The notes below the pieces were generated by a model that was given only the letters and a program-made list of their open reading frames with translations, did no database searches and had not been told where the DNA came from. Shown here one piece after another: positions 16,862-27,448 of a stretch of DNA of 64,000 nucleotides (the stretch's first letter is position 1; the number at the start of each line of letters is the position of its first letter). The position numbers were made by a program, and so were the translations under genes. The stretch is taken from contig CBDFIJ010000004.1 of assembly GCA_965248055.1 (NCBI GenBank), forward strand, positions 672,001-736,000. Direction: 5' to 3'. Source of the DNA: Candidatus Multivoradales bacterium (GTDB lineage: Bacteria; Acidobacteriota; Thermoanaerobaculia; Multivoradales; JAHEKO01).

Positions 16862-18847
16862 CTAGGCGCGGCGTTTACGCACGCGGTAGGCGAACCAACC
16901 AATCAAGGCGGCAAACACAAACGCACTCAACCACGGTCCTGCGGCTCCAGCCCACTCTTCGCCGATGCTCCAGGGGGTGGCCCCCCGAGCGGCAGCAATA
17001 CCGGCTGCCGCGGCGATGCCGACGCCAAGCAATCCTTCCCCGCCGACAAATCCCGAGGCCAGTAAGATGCCGCGCTCGCGACGATCATCGGCCTCCGTTT
17101 CATTGGCCGCACTACGCGTCATCCACCAGCGCAACAGGCCACCCAGAAATACCGGAACCATGGTGGCAACCGGCAGGTAGACGCCGACCGCGAAGGCCAA
17201 GCTGGGCAGTCGGAACAGCTCGGTGATCAGGGCGATCCCGGCGCCGATGGCGACCAAGCCCCAAGGCAATTCACTCTGCAGCACCCCGTCAATCACCAGT
17301 TTCATCAGCGTAGCTTGGGGCGCCGGCAGCTCGGCACTACCGAAGCCGTAGGCATTGTTGAGAATCAACACCGTGGCGCAAACAAACACCGCCGAGGTCA
17401 TGACACCGACCAGTTCTCCAATCTGTTGCCGGCGAGGCGTGGCGCCCAGCAGAAAGCCGGTCTTCAAGTCCTGCGAGGTATCGCCAGCAATCGACGCCGC
17501 GATTGCAACCACACAACCGACGGTGAGCGCTGCGATCTTTCCTTGCAGGTCAGTCCACCCGAGAAACAGGAACACTCCAGAGGTCGCCAGCAACGTGGCG
17601 ATGGTCATGCCGCTGGTTGGGTTGGAGGTCACGCCGACTAAGCCGACGATCCTGGAAGACACGGTGACGAAGAAAAACGCTGCGATCACTACCAGCACCG
17701 CCGCGAGGATCCTTCCGCCGATTCCTGGCAATGACGAAAAGGCGATCGGAAACAAACCGAGAACGGCTGCGATCACCGCCACACCGATCAGTGTCACTCT
17801 AAGATTCAGGTCCGATTCGGTGCGTTTGACCTCGGCCGCGACATGCCCGGCACGCGCCTGGAGCTGTTTGGCGCCGACTCGAAAACTCTCAATCATGGTT
17901 GGGATCGACCGAATCAGGGTGACGATACCAGCGGTCGCCACCGCCCCCGCGCCGATGTAACGCACGTAGCGGGTCCAGATCAGTCCCGGAGACATCTCGG
18001 CAATCGTCTTGACGGTCTCGGGATAGAGCGGCTCGACACGACCGGTACCCCAATAGGCGATCGCCGGAATGATCACCAGGGACGACAACAGCCCACCTCC
18101 CACCATCACCGACGCCACTCGGGGGCCGAGGATGTAGCCAACGCCAAACAGCGCTGCGGAGACCTCGCTAGCCAGTTCGCCCTTCTTCAAGAAGGGAATC
18201 TTGATGTGGAGTGCGTCGGGCAGCATCCTCGCCCAACCGACGATCAACTTAACCAGGGCTCCCACACCCAGGCCCCAGAAGACGCTGGTGGCCCCGCTGC
18301 CGCCGACCTCGCTCGCCACCAGGACTCCGGCGCAGGCGGTCCCTTCAGGATAGGGCAGCTTTCCGTGCTCACCGGCAATCAAGTAACTGCGCAGCGGGAT
18401 CATGAACAGCACCCCGATGAGGCCCCCACTCATCGCCAACAAGGTCATCTGCACTAGCGACGGCGGAGCCCCCCAGAGGAACAAAGCCGGCAAAGTGAAG
18501 ATCACCCCACTGGCCACCGAACTGGAAGCAGAGCCTACGGTTTGCGACAAGTTCGCCTCGAGAATAGTGCCGTCAGAGCCGAATCGCTTGAGCAGCCGAA
18601 AGGCCGCCACGGTAATCACCGCAACCGGGATCGAGGTCGAAATGGTTAGCCCAGCGCGCAGCCCCAAGTAGGCGTTGGCGGCGCCGAACAAGATGCCAAA
18701 GACAATGCCCGCCAACACCGCGCGCAGCGTGAATTCCGCCGGACTGGTGTTAGATGCTACATAGGGCTCATAGGTCTGCCCCTCGGGCAAGGGTTCAAAG
18801 GCTTGCTTGGGCAAACCGCGCGGTTGTGTGGGTTCAGGTGTCGTCAT
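16862..18847 (-). CDS. Oligopeptide transporter, OPT family
   Basis: AANAYLGLRAG, YPEGTACA, SNPTSGMTIATL, SQDLKTG..GATP, LPAPQATLM. Confidence 0.95.
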   Translation of the reverse strand: MTTPEPTQPRGLPKQAFEPLPEGQTYEPYVASNTSPAEFTLRAVLAGIVFGILFGAANAYLGLRAGLTISTSIPVAVITVAAFRLLKRFGSDGTILEANLSQTVGSASSSVASGVIFTLPALFLWGAPPSLVQMTLLAMSGGLIGVLFMIPLRSYLIAGEHGKLPYPEGTACAGVLVASEVGGSGATSVFWGLGVGALVKLIVGWARMLPDALHIKIPFLKKGELASEVSAALFGVGYILGPRVASVMVGGGLLSSLVIIPAIAYWGTGRVEPLYPETVKTIAEMSPGLIWTRYVRYIGAGAVATAGIVTLIRSIPTMIESFRVGAKQLQARAGHVAAEVKRTESDLNLRVTLIGVAVIAAVLGLFPIAFSSLPGIGGRILAAVLVVIAAFFFVTVSSRIVGLVGVTSNPTSGMTIATLLATSGVFLFLGWTDLQGKIAALTVGCVVAIAASIAGDTSQDLKTGFLLGATPRRQQIGELVGVMTSAVFVCATVLILNNAYGFGSAELPAPQATLMKLVIDGVLQSELPWGLVAIGAGIALITELFRLPSLAFAVGVYLPVATMVPVFLGGLLRWWMTRSAANETEADDRRERGILLASGFVGGEGLLGVGIAAAAGIAAARGATPWSIGEEWAGAAGPWLSAFVFAALIGWFAYRVRKRRA

Positions 18848-18911
18848 CCAGCTCTCCTTTGCTGCCGCGGCATGCTACTGGACCGATGGACAACGTGTCG
18901 ATTGGGCCCAT

Positions 18912-21900
18912 TCAGATCGCACGCTGGCGAGGAATCTGGACCCTCACTCGCAGCCCACCGCCCTGGCGTCGGTGCGCCTCAATCGAACCACCATGCGCCT
19001 GGACGATCCTTCGGCTAATCGGCAGGCCCAAGCCAGTACCCGTGGCATGGGTCGAGAAATAGGGCTCAAAAATCCGGTCCAGGTCACCTTCCGGTACGCC
19101 AGGCCCCCGGTCAGCCACTTCCATCACCAGAAAATTGTCGACACTTTCGTTGAGACGAATCTCCACCGGCTGTCCCTGAGCCACCCGCAGCGCGTTCTCA
19201 ATCAGGTTGCGCAGCATGCGGGTCAATTGGCGTTGATCGGCGTGCAGTTGGGAGTCCAGATCCGAGCCAAACTGGATAGTGATCGGCTCAAAGTCAGCCT
19301 CAACAGAATCAACCGGCTGATAGCTGGCTGCGATCTCCTGCACCCAGTCCTTGGCGTTGAACCACGCCGCCTCGACTTCTGGAACGCGACTGTAATCCGA
19401 GAACTCATCGGCGATCACCCGCAGATCTTCAACCTGTTCCAAGATGTTGCTGGTGCAACGATCCACCAGAGGAAAGGCGCGCGGGTCTTCCTTTTCGCGA
19501 AATACCTCGCGAAGATGCTCTGCCGACAGGCGTATTGGGGTTAGCGGATTCTTGATTTCATGCGCCACGATACGCGCCATCTCGGCCCACGCCGCCAGGC
19601 GCTCCCCGCGCACCACCTCGGTGACATCTTCGACCACCCACAACTGAGCGCCGCCCTGGTGGCGCTCAACCGGGAAACGAGCCAGATTCCAGACCCGGGA
19701 TTCGCCATCTCGATTGATGGTGATGGTCTCGGCCCAAGCAACGGAGCTGTCACCCAGTTGCACGGTAAACACCGACAGATCGCGCAGATCCTCAGCCAGG
19801 TCTTCTGGAAACCGACCTTCAGCGCGCAGCGACAGCAACGATTCGGCACTTGGGTTGGTGCGGCTGATGGTTCCGTCGTCGCGCACCAAGGTGATCGCCG
19901 TGGTGACATTGGCCAGAATTTGTTCCACCAATTCTCGTTCAACGCGCTCCCGCTTTTGGGAGGCAGAAACGTCACCGGCCATGCGATCAATCGCTGCGGC
20001 AAGCCGACCCAGATCCTGTTCCTGTGGAATCTCGATGCCCAGAGATTCGGCGCCGGCGGCAATCCTTTCCGTGCCCTCGATCATCTGCAAGATCGGTCGA
20101 CTGAAACCGCGCGCTGCGCGGGCGGTAGCCCACAAGCCAAACAGCAAGATGCCAAAGCCGATCAACAGGGTGCGCGAGCGCAGTACCCTGGCGGTGTCCG
20201 ACAACGCGGCCACCTGCGAAGTCACCGGCACCGCCAGCGTCAGCCGCGGCCCACTGTCGCCAGTCAGTCGTTTCCATGGCGCGTAGACTGCGGCCTCCCC
20301 TCCTTCGCTACTGGCGTCAAAACTGAACTCGGAAGCGCCGCGCAGAGCCAAGGCTCGGTAGACCGGCGCCGGCAGCCGAGAACTGAGCTCGCCGGAAGCG
20401 AAACGATTGCGTCGACTGGTTGCATAGACGCCACTATCCCAAAATAGATCCACATCCCGCCCGACTAGGCTGGCGACGCCGCTGAACAGCTCGTCGTCAA
20501 ACTGGGTGATACCAGCGAAGTTGGAAGGCAACGAAGCCACGTAACTGTCCAACGCGCGCCGAGCCGAACTCAAAGCAGCCTCTTCCAGGCGCTCTCGTTC
20601 TCGGCCCAGACCCCGTTCATGAAGCGTCAACAGAGACAGATTGACCAACAGCAAAGGAAGCAAGATCAGAGCGCCCAGCGTCAACGCCAACCGGCGCGGG
20701 TAAGAATGCTGCCAAGTCCGCAACTGCTGGCCAAGCCGAGAGGGCGCCAGACCTCTAGATCCGATCCACAGCAGCAGACCGGCGCAGATCAAACAAAAGG
20801 CAACTCTGCCGGCCACCCGCTCGAGCGCCAACAGCGGCCCCAAAGCGGCCAACGAGAGCTGGTAGGTACCGTCAGCCGACAGCACCGAGAACCTGTTATT
20901 CCACCAAGTTGGTCCTTTGGCTTCGAACGGCCCGACGGCAACAGCGATCATCCCCGGAGCGATCCGGTCCATGGCCCGTGCTGAAACAGTCGTGGTGTTG
21001 CCAAGCCATCCGCCCGGGCCGTGCATAGGACCGTCTTCAAAGCCACCTTCAACGCCCAAGCTACGGTGCAAGTGATAGCTGACGGTCGGCTGCCAAGCGA
21101 ACTCAAGATCGGCGAAGTATTCGCCAGCAAAGAGCAAGGTTCCGCGACCGCTGTGAATCGCCGCAACAGCAGGGTCAGCACTGATCATCTCACTGGTCGT
21201 ATCACTGGTCCTTCCACCGGTTGACCCCAGGGATCCGTCTTGAGCGGGTGCTTGGATGTCGGAAAACCGCAGACCGGACTCATAGAGCGAAAGGGTTTGC
21301 CCCTCGCTGGTCACCGCCAAGACCGACCGCAGTCCCGCCTGATTGATTTCCGAACTGCGCCACAGCCCGAACGCCAAATCCTCCACCGATCCCAGAGCTG
21401 TCTGCCCTAGAGTCAGGGACAGGACCTCGCGATCATGCAGCGAATCGGTGATGACCGCGCCCAGGGTCTCTCCCTCAGCACCGGACAGAGCATGGAGCTG
21501 GGTGCGATAACCGTGGATTCTGTGGGTCTGCGCAACCCTCTCAGCGGCGCTCCACACCAAAACTAACCACCCCGCGAGAATCAACAAACCGGCAAGCCGT
21601 GGAACTCGGAGTACCGTGCGCCGCGACCAAAGCATCATTATCAGCGCAATCACTGCGACCACCAGTGGCCGATCTAAAGACACTGCACCCACGACCAAGG
21701 CCACCGGGAACAGCAACAGTTCTAAGCCCCCAGGGCGTTGCTTTTGGGTGCGCTTATTTCGGGGGCGCCGCTGGGAAGAGGCATTTTTCGCCTCGCGCAG
21801 CAAGATCCAGCCAGCCAAACTGGTCAACCCGATCAGCACCCAAGTACCCGAAGCGACAGAGCCGAACCCAGGCACCTCGACCGTCTGTCGATCCACCAAA

Positions 21901-23012
21901 CCCCCAGATATCCATCCACCGGCGACCGCCAAAGCAGCCAAGAGAATCCATCTCCAGAGTCTGGACCCTTGATGACCGGCAAACACTCGCCGAGAAAGCA
22001 TGCCAAGAAGGGTCAACCCAGCCCAGGCGACAAGCACCCACCAAAAACTATTCACCACCGCCATCCCGACCAGAGCAAGGCTCATCGCGGCGCCCCACCG
22101 CGCATCCGATGTCGCATCGTTGGCTGCGAGTTCACTGAGCAGCGCGAGGCAAAGCATCACGGCTGCCAGCAATAGAGCCAGGGAGGAACCCGAAGAGGGC
22201 CCACCAACCGGACCGGTGTTGACCCATAGGTCGGGCCATTCTCCGCCAGGGATCACCAGTGCCCCTTCCGGAGGTGAGCCACTTTGAGCGACCGACCAAT
22301 TCGAATGAATTTCTGGGCCTGAGGTGACTGCGGCCCAGGGCAGTGCTGTCGAAGCAAACGAGCGGCCCGCAGTCACCATCCATCCCAGCCAGGGCCCATC
22401 CAGCGCCTTGCTCACAGTCAGCGTCACCGACGCTGGACGGACAAACGCCAGCGCTCCACCGTGACTAGGCAAGGTCGCTGCGAACGCACCGCCCTCCCTT
22501 CCAGGGTCGACCGGGAGTCCGGGGCCGGCCCAGGCGACCACTTGACCAGCACTGCGAATCAACGCCAAAGAACCTATCGAAGTGCGTTCCAAGCTGGCAA
22601 AAATTCGTTCCAGTTCGGCGTCATGCTGAGCTGAGGCGCCAGAAAATTCGTCGCTGGGAGGGCTCAAGTTGTCGACAACCTCAGCCGCCCGACGAGCATC
22701 GATATCCAGTTGATTCCAGAGTGCGGCGTACCCCTTTTGATTCGCCCGCGTCCATCGCGGGGAACCGACAGCTCCCGTTTGCCCGATCAGACTCATGAGG
22801 GCCGCAAGCGCGACCCCAACCGGAATAATCCAACGCCAAACACCGCCTCTGGCCGCTGACCAAACGACCAATGCCGCCGTTGTCAGCAATAGAAACAGCA
22901 CACTCCACGGCGTGACGTTACTGGCCGCGACTCCCATCGCAGCGACCAGTAGCGCCCAAGACCCTCTATCGGGCCATTCTGTTTCTTTCGACAAGGGCTG
23001 GGCAGAAGTCAT
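18912..23012 (-). CDS. Very large multi-pass membrane sensor histidine kinase (HAMP-PAS-HisKA-HATPase, NtrY-like C-terminus)
   Basis: MARIVAHEIKNPLTPI (H box), NLIENA, DRGPG, FEPYFST, GTGLGL; many TM segments; start uncertain. Confidence 0.9.
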   Translation of the reverse strand: MTSAQPLSKETEWPDRGSWALLVAAMGVAASNVTPWSVLFLLLTTAALVVWSAARGGVWRWIIPVGVALAALMSLIGQTGAVGSPRWTRANQKGYAALWNQLDIDARRAAEVVDNLSPPSDEFSGASAQHDAELERIFASLERTSIGSLALIRSAGQVVAWAGPGLPVDPGREGGAFAATLPSHGGALAFVRPASVTLTVSKALDGPWLGWMVTAGRSFASTALPWAAVTSGPEIHSNWSVAQSGSPPEGALVIPGGEWPDLWVNTGPVGGPSSGSSLALLLAAVMLCLALLSELAANDATSDARWGAAMSLALVGMAVVNSFWWVLVAWAGLTLLGMLSRRVFAGHQGSRLWRWILLAALAVAGGWISGGLVDRQTVEVPGFGSVASGTWVLIGLTSLAGWILLREAKNASSQRRPRNKRTQKQRPGGLELLLFPVALVVGAVSLDRPLVVAVIALIMMLWSRRTVLRVPRLAGLLILAGWLVLVWSAAERVAQTHRIHGYRTQLHALSGAEGETLGAVITDSLHDREVLSLTLGQTALGSVEDLAFGLWRSSEINQAGLRSVLAVTSEGQTLSLYESGLRFSDIQAPAQDGSLGSTGGRTSDTTSEMISADPAVAAIHSGRGTLLFAGEYFADLEFAWQPTVSYHLHRSLGVEGGFEDGPMHGPGGWLGNTTTVSARAMDRIAPGMIAVAVGPFEAKGPTWWNNRFSVLSADGTYQLSLAALGPLLALERVAGRVAFCLICAGLLLWIGSRGLAPSRLGQQLRTWQHSYPRRLALTLGALILLPLLLVNLSLLTLHERGLGRERERLEEAALSSARRALDSYVASLPSNFAGITQFDDELFSGVASLVGRDVDLFWDSGVYATSRRNRFASGELSSRLPAPVYRALALRGASEFSFDASSEGGEAAVYAPWKRLTGDSGPRLTLAVPVTSQVAALSDTARVLRSRTLLIGFGILLFGLWATARAARGFSRPILQMIEGTERIAAGAESLGIEIPQEQDLGRLAAAIDRMAGDVSASQKRERVERELVEQILANVTTAITLVRDDGTISRTNPSAESLLSLRAEGRFPEDLAEDLRDLSVFTVQLGDSSVAWAETITINRDGESRVWNLARFPVERHQGGAQLWVVEDVTEVVRGERLAAWAEMARIVAHEIKNPLTPIRLSAEHLREVFREKEDPRAFPLVDRCTSNILEQVEDLRVIADEFSDYSRVPEVEAAWFNAKDWVQEIAASYQPVDSVEADFEPITIQFGSDLDSQLHADQRQLTRMLRNLIENALRVAQGQPVEIRLNESVDNFLVMEVADRGPGVPEGDLDRIFEPYFSTHATGTGLGLPISRRIVQAHGGSIEAHRRQGGGLRVRVQIPRQRAI

Positions 23013-23075
23013 GGTTTCGCTTACCGCAGCCCTCCAATGCAAGGATGCAGCCGATCGGCAGGACCACGAGCCCGA

Positions 23076-24761
23076 TCAACCAAGGCCACTGTCGTCATCA
23101 CGCCGCGTTGGCGTCATCGGCAGATCGACCCCTCGTTCTGTGGCAACCTGGATGGCTTTGCCATAGCCGGCGTCAGCGTGGCGCACCACGCCCATTCCCG
23201 GGTCTCCGGTCAATACTCGCTCGATACGTTGTTCAGCTTCGCCTGAACCGTCGCAGACCACCACCATGCCGGCGTGCAGGCTGTAGCCGATGCCAACTCC
23301 TCCGCCGTGATGAATCGACACCCAAGTGGCACCGTTGACCGCGTTGAGCATGGCGTTGAGCAGAGGCCAGTCAGCGATCGCATCCGAGCCATCGATCATC
23401 CCTTCGGTCTCCCGGTTGGGCGAGGCCACCGAGCCGCAGTCCAAATGGTCCCGGCCGATGACGATCGGCGCCTTGACCCGACCGCTAGCGACTAACTGGT
23501 TGAATCGCTTGCCGGCTCGGGCGCGTTCTCCGTATCCCAGCCAACAGATCCGCGCTGGAAGTCCCTGGAAGGCGACCCGTTCACGCGCCAGATGAATCCA
23601 GCGAGCCAAAGCCTCGTCCTCTTGGAATTCGTCCAATATCGCCTCGTCGGTTGCCGCCAAATCCTCCGGATCTCCAGAAAGAACCACCCAGCGAAACGGA
23701 CCCTTTCCTTCGCAAAACAGAGGGCGAACAAACAGCGGCACGAATCCCTGGAAGTCAAAAGCGTTGCTCACTCCCTGTTCCAAGGCCTGGCCGCGTAAGT
23801 TGTTACCATAGTCAAAGGTTACCGATCCCCGTTGTTGCAGTTGCAACATCGCTCGAACGTGATCGGCGATGGTCGCCAGAGAGCGTTGCAAATAGGCCTC
23901 TGTGTCTCGCTCTCGCAACTCGCCTGCCTGCTCAAAGGACAACCCCTGCGGCACATAGCCGCGCAAAGGATCATGAGCCGAGGTTTGGTCGGTCAAGACG
24001 TCTGGAGTGATCCCTTGTTCCAAAAGCGCTTGCAGCAGGTCAACGGCATTGGCGACCACGGCGATCGACACTGCTTCCCGGTTCTTCTTGGCTTCCAGCG
24101 CACGCTCAATCGCGGTCGCAAGATCAGGGGCCTGTTGGTCCAAATAGCGGGTTTCCAAACGCCGCGCAATGCGGCTGGGGTCAACTTCCGCAATCAAAGC
24201 AGTGCCGCCGTTCATCGTCACCGCCAGCGGCTGGGCACCGCCCATCCCTCCCAGTCCAGCGGTCACGGTCAGCGTCCCGGCCAAGCTGCCATCAAAGTGC
24301 TGGCGAGCGCACTCGGCCAAGGTCTCGTAGGTGCCCTGCAGGATTCCCTGGGTGCCAATGTAGATCCACGAGCCTGCGGTCATCTGTCCGTACATCGTCA
24401 GACCCAACTCTTCCAGGCGTCGGAACTCATCGAGATGAGCCCAATGCGCCACCAGGTTCGAGTTCGCGATCAGAACCCTGGGGGCATTACTGTGGGTACG
24501 AAAGACGCCAACCGGCTTCCCAGACTGCACTATGAGGGTCTCGTCATTCTCTAGTCGCCTGAGGGTGGCGACAATCGCCTCGAAGGCTTCCCAATTACGA
24601 GCCGCCTTGCCGGAACCGCCGTAAACAATCAGCTCTTCTGGATGCTCGGCCACCGCCGGATCCAGATTGTTCATCAGCATTCTCAAAGCGGCTTCCTGCT
24701 GCCAACCTTTGCAGGAGATCTCGGTGCCCCGGGGAGCTCGGACAATACGGGATTTCGACAT
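23076..24761 (-). CDS. hutU: Urocanate hydratase
   Basis: [51 protein letters not shown]. Confidence 0.98.
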   Translation of the reverse strand: MSKSRIVRAPRGTEISCKGWQQEAALRMLMNNLDPAVAEHPEELIVYGGSGKAARNWEAFEAIVATLRRLENDETLIVQSGKPVGVFRTHSNAPRVLIANSNLVAHWAHLDEFRRLEELGLTMYGQMTAGSWIYIGTQGILQGTYETLAECARQHFDGSLAGTLTVTAGLGGMGGAQPLAVTMNGGTALIAEVDPSRIARRLETRYLDQQAPDLATAIERALEAKKNREAVSIAVVANAVDLLQALLEQGITPDVLTDQTSAHDPLRGYVPQGLSFEQAGELRERDTEAYLQRSLATIADHVRAMLQLQQRGSVTFDYGNNLRGQALEQGVSNAFDFQGFVPLFVRPLFCEGKGPFRWVVLSGDPEDLAATDEAILDEFQEDEALARWIHLARERVAFQGLPARICWLGYGERARAGKRFNQLVASGRVKAPIVIGRDHLDCGSVASPNRETEGMIDGSDAIADWPLLNAMLNAVNGATWVSIHHGGGVGIGYSLHAGMVVVCDGSGEAEQRIERVLTGDPGMGVVRHADAGYGKAIQVATERGVDLPMTPTRRDDDSGLG

Positions 24762-24892
24762 GGTCTCTACCTCTAGTTGGCTACACTCTGGCGACTAGGT
24801 TGAGCTTGGTGCTTACTTCGGAGTTTGTTGGCGGTATTGTTGGTGAGATCGGTTTCCAGTCACAAATCTACATTTCAGACGATGTTTCGACC

Positions 24893-26401
24893 TTACTCCA
24901 AGGATGCGGTGAGGTCTGTCAGATTGTGCAAGACAGTCTTCGCGATCTCTAGATCAGGGGACATCTGCCGATCCCGGTCCCAGCGGGGCACCTGCTCGCG
25001 CACGCGGGCGTAGCTCGCTTCGAGGGGCGGCGTCGACCGCAAGGGCCGCAGAAATTCAAATCCTTGGGCCGCAGCTAACAATTCAATCGCCACAATCTGT
25101 TCAACATTCTCCAACACCGTCAGGCACTTCAGGGCGGCGTGCATGCCCATGGAAACGTGGTCTTCCATGTCCGCCGAAGTGGGGATCGAATCGACACTGG
25201 CTGGATGAGCCAGCACCTTGTTTTCGCTCGCCAATGCGGCGCTGGTGACGTGGGCAATCATGAAGCCCGAGTCGACACCGGCGTTCTCGACCAAAAATGG
25301 AGGCAACATCGAGAAAGTCGCATTGGTCAGTTTTTCGATGCGCCGCTCAGAGATCGCACCCAACTCAGCGATTGCAATGGTCAGGCAGTCGGCAGCGATC
25401 GCCATCGGTTCCCCGTGAAAGTTGCCCCCGGACAATACTTGTTGGTCTTCAGCAAACACCAATGGATTGTCGGTGACCGAATTAAATTCTCGCTCGAGTT
25501 TGGCAATGGTATCGGTCAAGACATCACGCACGGCACCGTGTACCTGCGGCGCACAACGGATGCAGTAAGGATCCTGTACCCGGTCATCGTCTTCCAGATG
25601 CGACTGGCGAATTTCCGAGCCTTGGAGCAAGGAAAACAAATTCTTGGCCGACGCCACCTGACCCGGATGGGGACGTAAACGGTGAATTCGAGGATCAAAC
25701 GCGGTGTCGGTACCACGCACCGCCTCGGTGGTCATGGCAGCGACCAAATCCACCGCCTTGACCAATGCCGCGGCACGCAAACAGGCGTTGCCAAGAATTG
25801 AAGTCATTGCCTGGGTGCCGTTGATCAGCGCCAGACCCTCTTTGGGCTGCAAGGTCAGTGGCTTCAGGCCGCACTCCTGCAATGCTTGGGCAGCCTCGGC
25901 CGGTTCACCACACAGGGTCACCTGCCCTTCCCCGATCAAAGGCAACGCCAAATGCGCCAACGGAGCCAGGTCACCGCTGGCACCCACCGAGCCTCGGCTG
26001 GGTACCACCGGCAGCAGATCTTGGTTGAGCAGATCGAGCAACCGCTGCAGCAGCTCCACCCGCACCCCAGAATGTCCGGCTGCCATGGTGTTGGCGCGCA
26101 ACAGCAACATCCCTCGCACCACTTCCGGCGGCAAGGGATCTCCGATTCCTGCCGCGTGCGAACGGATCAAGGAGCGCTGCAGCTCCAACAGGTCGTCCTC
26201 AGCAATCCGCACCTTGGCCAACTTGCCAAAACCGGTATTAACTCCGTAGATCACCTGGCCATCAGCCAACAGCTGCTCCAACACTTGCCGGGCCAATCCG
26301 ACTTGATTCCGCGCAGAAGACTTCAGCTCCACCGGCTCAGAGCCTGAGATAACCGCGCCGAATGTTTCTAAAGTAATACTGCTGCCGTCGATGGTAATCA
26401 C
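24893..26401 (-). CDS. hutH: Histidine ammonia-lyase
   Basis: YGVNTGFG, GSVGASGDLAPL (MIO-forming ASG), QDPYCIRC.PQVHG, GGNFHG; adjacent to hutU. Confidence 0.96.
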   Translation of the reverse strand: MITIDGSSITLETFGAVISGSEPVELKSSARNQVGLARQVLEQLLADGQVIYGVNTGFGKLAKVRIAEDDLLELQRSLIRSHAAGIGDPLPPEVVRGMLLLRANTMAAGHSGVRVELLQRLLDLLNQDLLPVVPSRGSVGASGDLAPLAHLALPLIGEGQVTLCGEPAEAAQALQECGLKPLTLQPKEGLALINGTQAMTSILGNACLRAAALVKAVDLVAAMTTEAVRGTDTAFDPRIHRLRPHPGQVASAKNLFSLLQGSEIRQSHLEDDDRVQDPYCIRCAPQVHGAVRDVLTDTIAKLEREFNSVTDNPLVFAEDQQVLSGGNFHGEPMAIAADCLTIAIAELGAISERRIEKLTNATFSMLPPFLVENAGVDSGFMIAHVTSAALASENKVLAHPASVDSIPTSADMEDHVSMGMHAALKCLTVLENVEQIVAIELLAAAQGFEFLRPLRSTPPLEASYARVREQVPRWDRDRQMSPDLEIAKTVLHNLTDLTASLE

Positions 26402-26536
26402 CGCCGAATCCTACCGCGGGATTGGGGCTCGACAGGCGCTCAATCCGCTGGCTCTAGATTCGCACTGAAATAGAATGGGGGTACCGCGAGGAGATCACCG
26501 ACTACCTTGAGAAGGGCGTCAGCAAGCGCACTGCGA

Positions 26537-26562
26537 TGTAGCTACGTAGCTTCGTAGCTACA
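26537..26562. repeat. Perfect 10-6-10 inverted repeat TGTAGCTACG-TAGCTT-CGTAGCTACA
   Basis: Directly visible in intergenic DNA upstream of hutH. Confidence 0.85.
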
Positions 26563-26682
26563 GAAGACGAGGGGATCCCGCTCGGAATACTGCCTAGACT
26601 TGGAATAAAGAATTACACCGTTGTGGCTTGTGTCCCTATTTGCTCGGTTGGTCCCAAAAACGGCGGCGGGCGATTGTAGCCC

Positions 26683-27432
26683 TCAGCGTGAATGGAAGAA
26701 TCCGTCAAGCCACGTGCCACAGACTCCAGGACGGTCAACACACGTCGCGTGAGACTCAGCAGGAAAAGTGTTCCCGCACCTATCCCGCTTGCCGGTCTTT
26801 CTTACATCCCCCAGGGATTCAATACCAAGTTCCTGAAAATCCAATAGTTCGTTGAGCTCAATCCTGCCATCGCCACTAAGATCAGTCCATACAAAAAGCG
26901 AAGAGCCGCACTCAGTGAAATCGACTTCCTGGTTGCCTTCGGCATCTTGGCCACAGTAAGCGGCTAGAGCCTCGAAGCCATGCGCAAAAGGCAAATCCCC
27001 GTCTGGACCCTTGGTGACATTCCCGAAGAAATGACGCCAGGGCTCGGCACGGACGAAAGCCCGATGCGGTTACACGCATCTTTCATTACAACCGTTAACA
27101 CACTGTGTTCCCCACCAAATTGGAAAGGCAGCCGACACACCAGTATGAGCGACCGCGGCTCCGGCTTCGCAGGCTTTCAATAAGTCCGTCGCGCGCGAAA
27201 AGTTCGCGTTTGGGAAGGTCAGGATGGTCGCCCCAGTAACACAGAGAGCTGTCAGATCGCCCAGAAATTTCAAATCACAGGTCCTTTTCCAAGAGCTTCC
27301 GAGATAAGGGCCGCCGCAAGAGTTGCGTTTCCGTCAACAGCTGTCGTGGCGGTCACAGGCCCCTTGTAGCAAGCTATCCAGAGCATTCTCGACATTGGAC
27401 ATCGGCACAAGGCAAACGGCGAAAGCTCTCAT
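26683..27432 (-). pseudogene. Decayed gene: phospholipase-A2-like Cys-rich domain plus DxxGDG-type C-terminal domain
   Basis: GGAGGG SD and ATG 27432; ACDRHDSC-stop-RKRNSCGG...KRTCDLKFLGDLTALC; second stop at 27070-27072; then FFGNVT...HGFEALAAY...VWTDLSGDGRIELNEL...LGIESL...DRCGN. Confidence 0.65.
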
Positions 27433-27448
27433 CGATCAGCCCTCCAAC

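Noticed and set aside
27334-27336. In-frame TGA as selenocysteine or recoded Trp
   Set aside because: The same frame has a TAA and signs of deletion, and TGA is a normal stop in many genes here.
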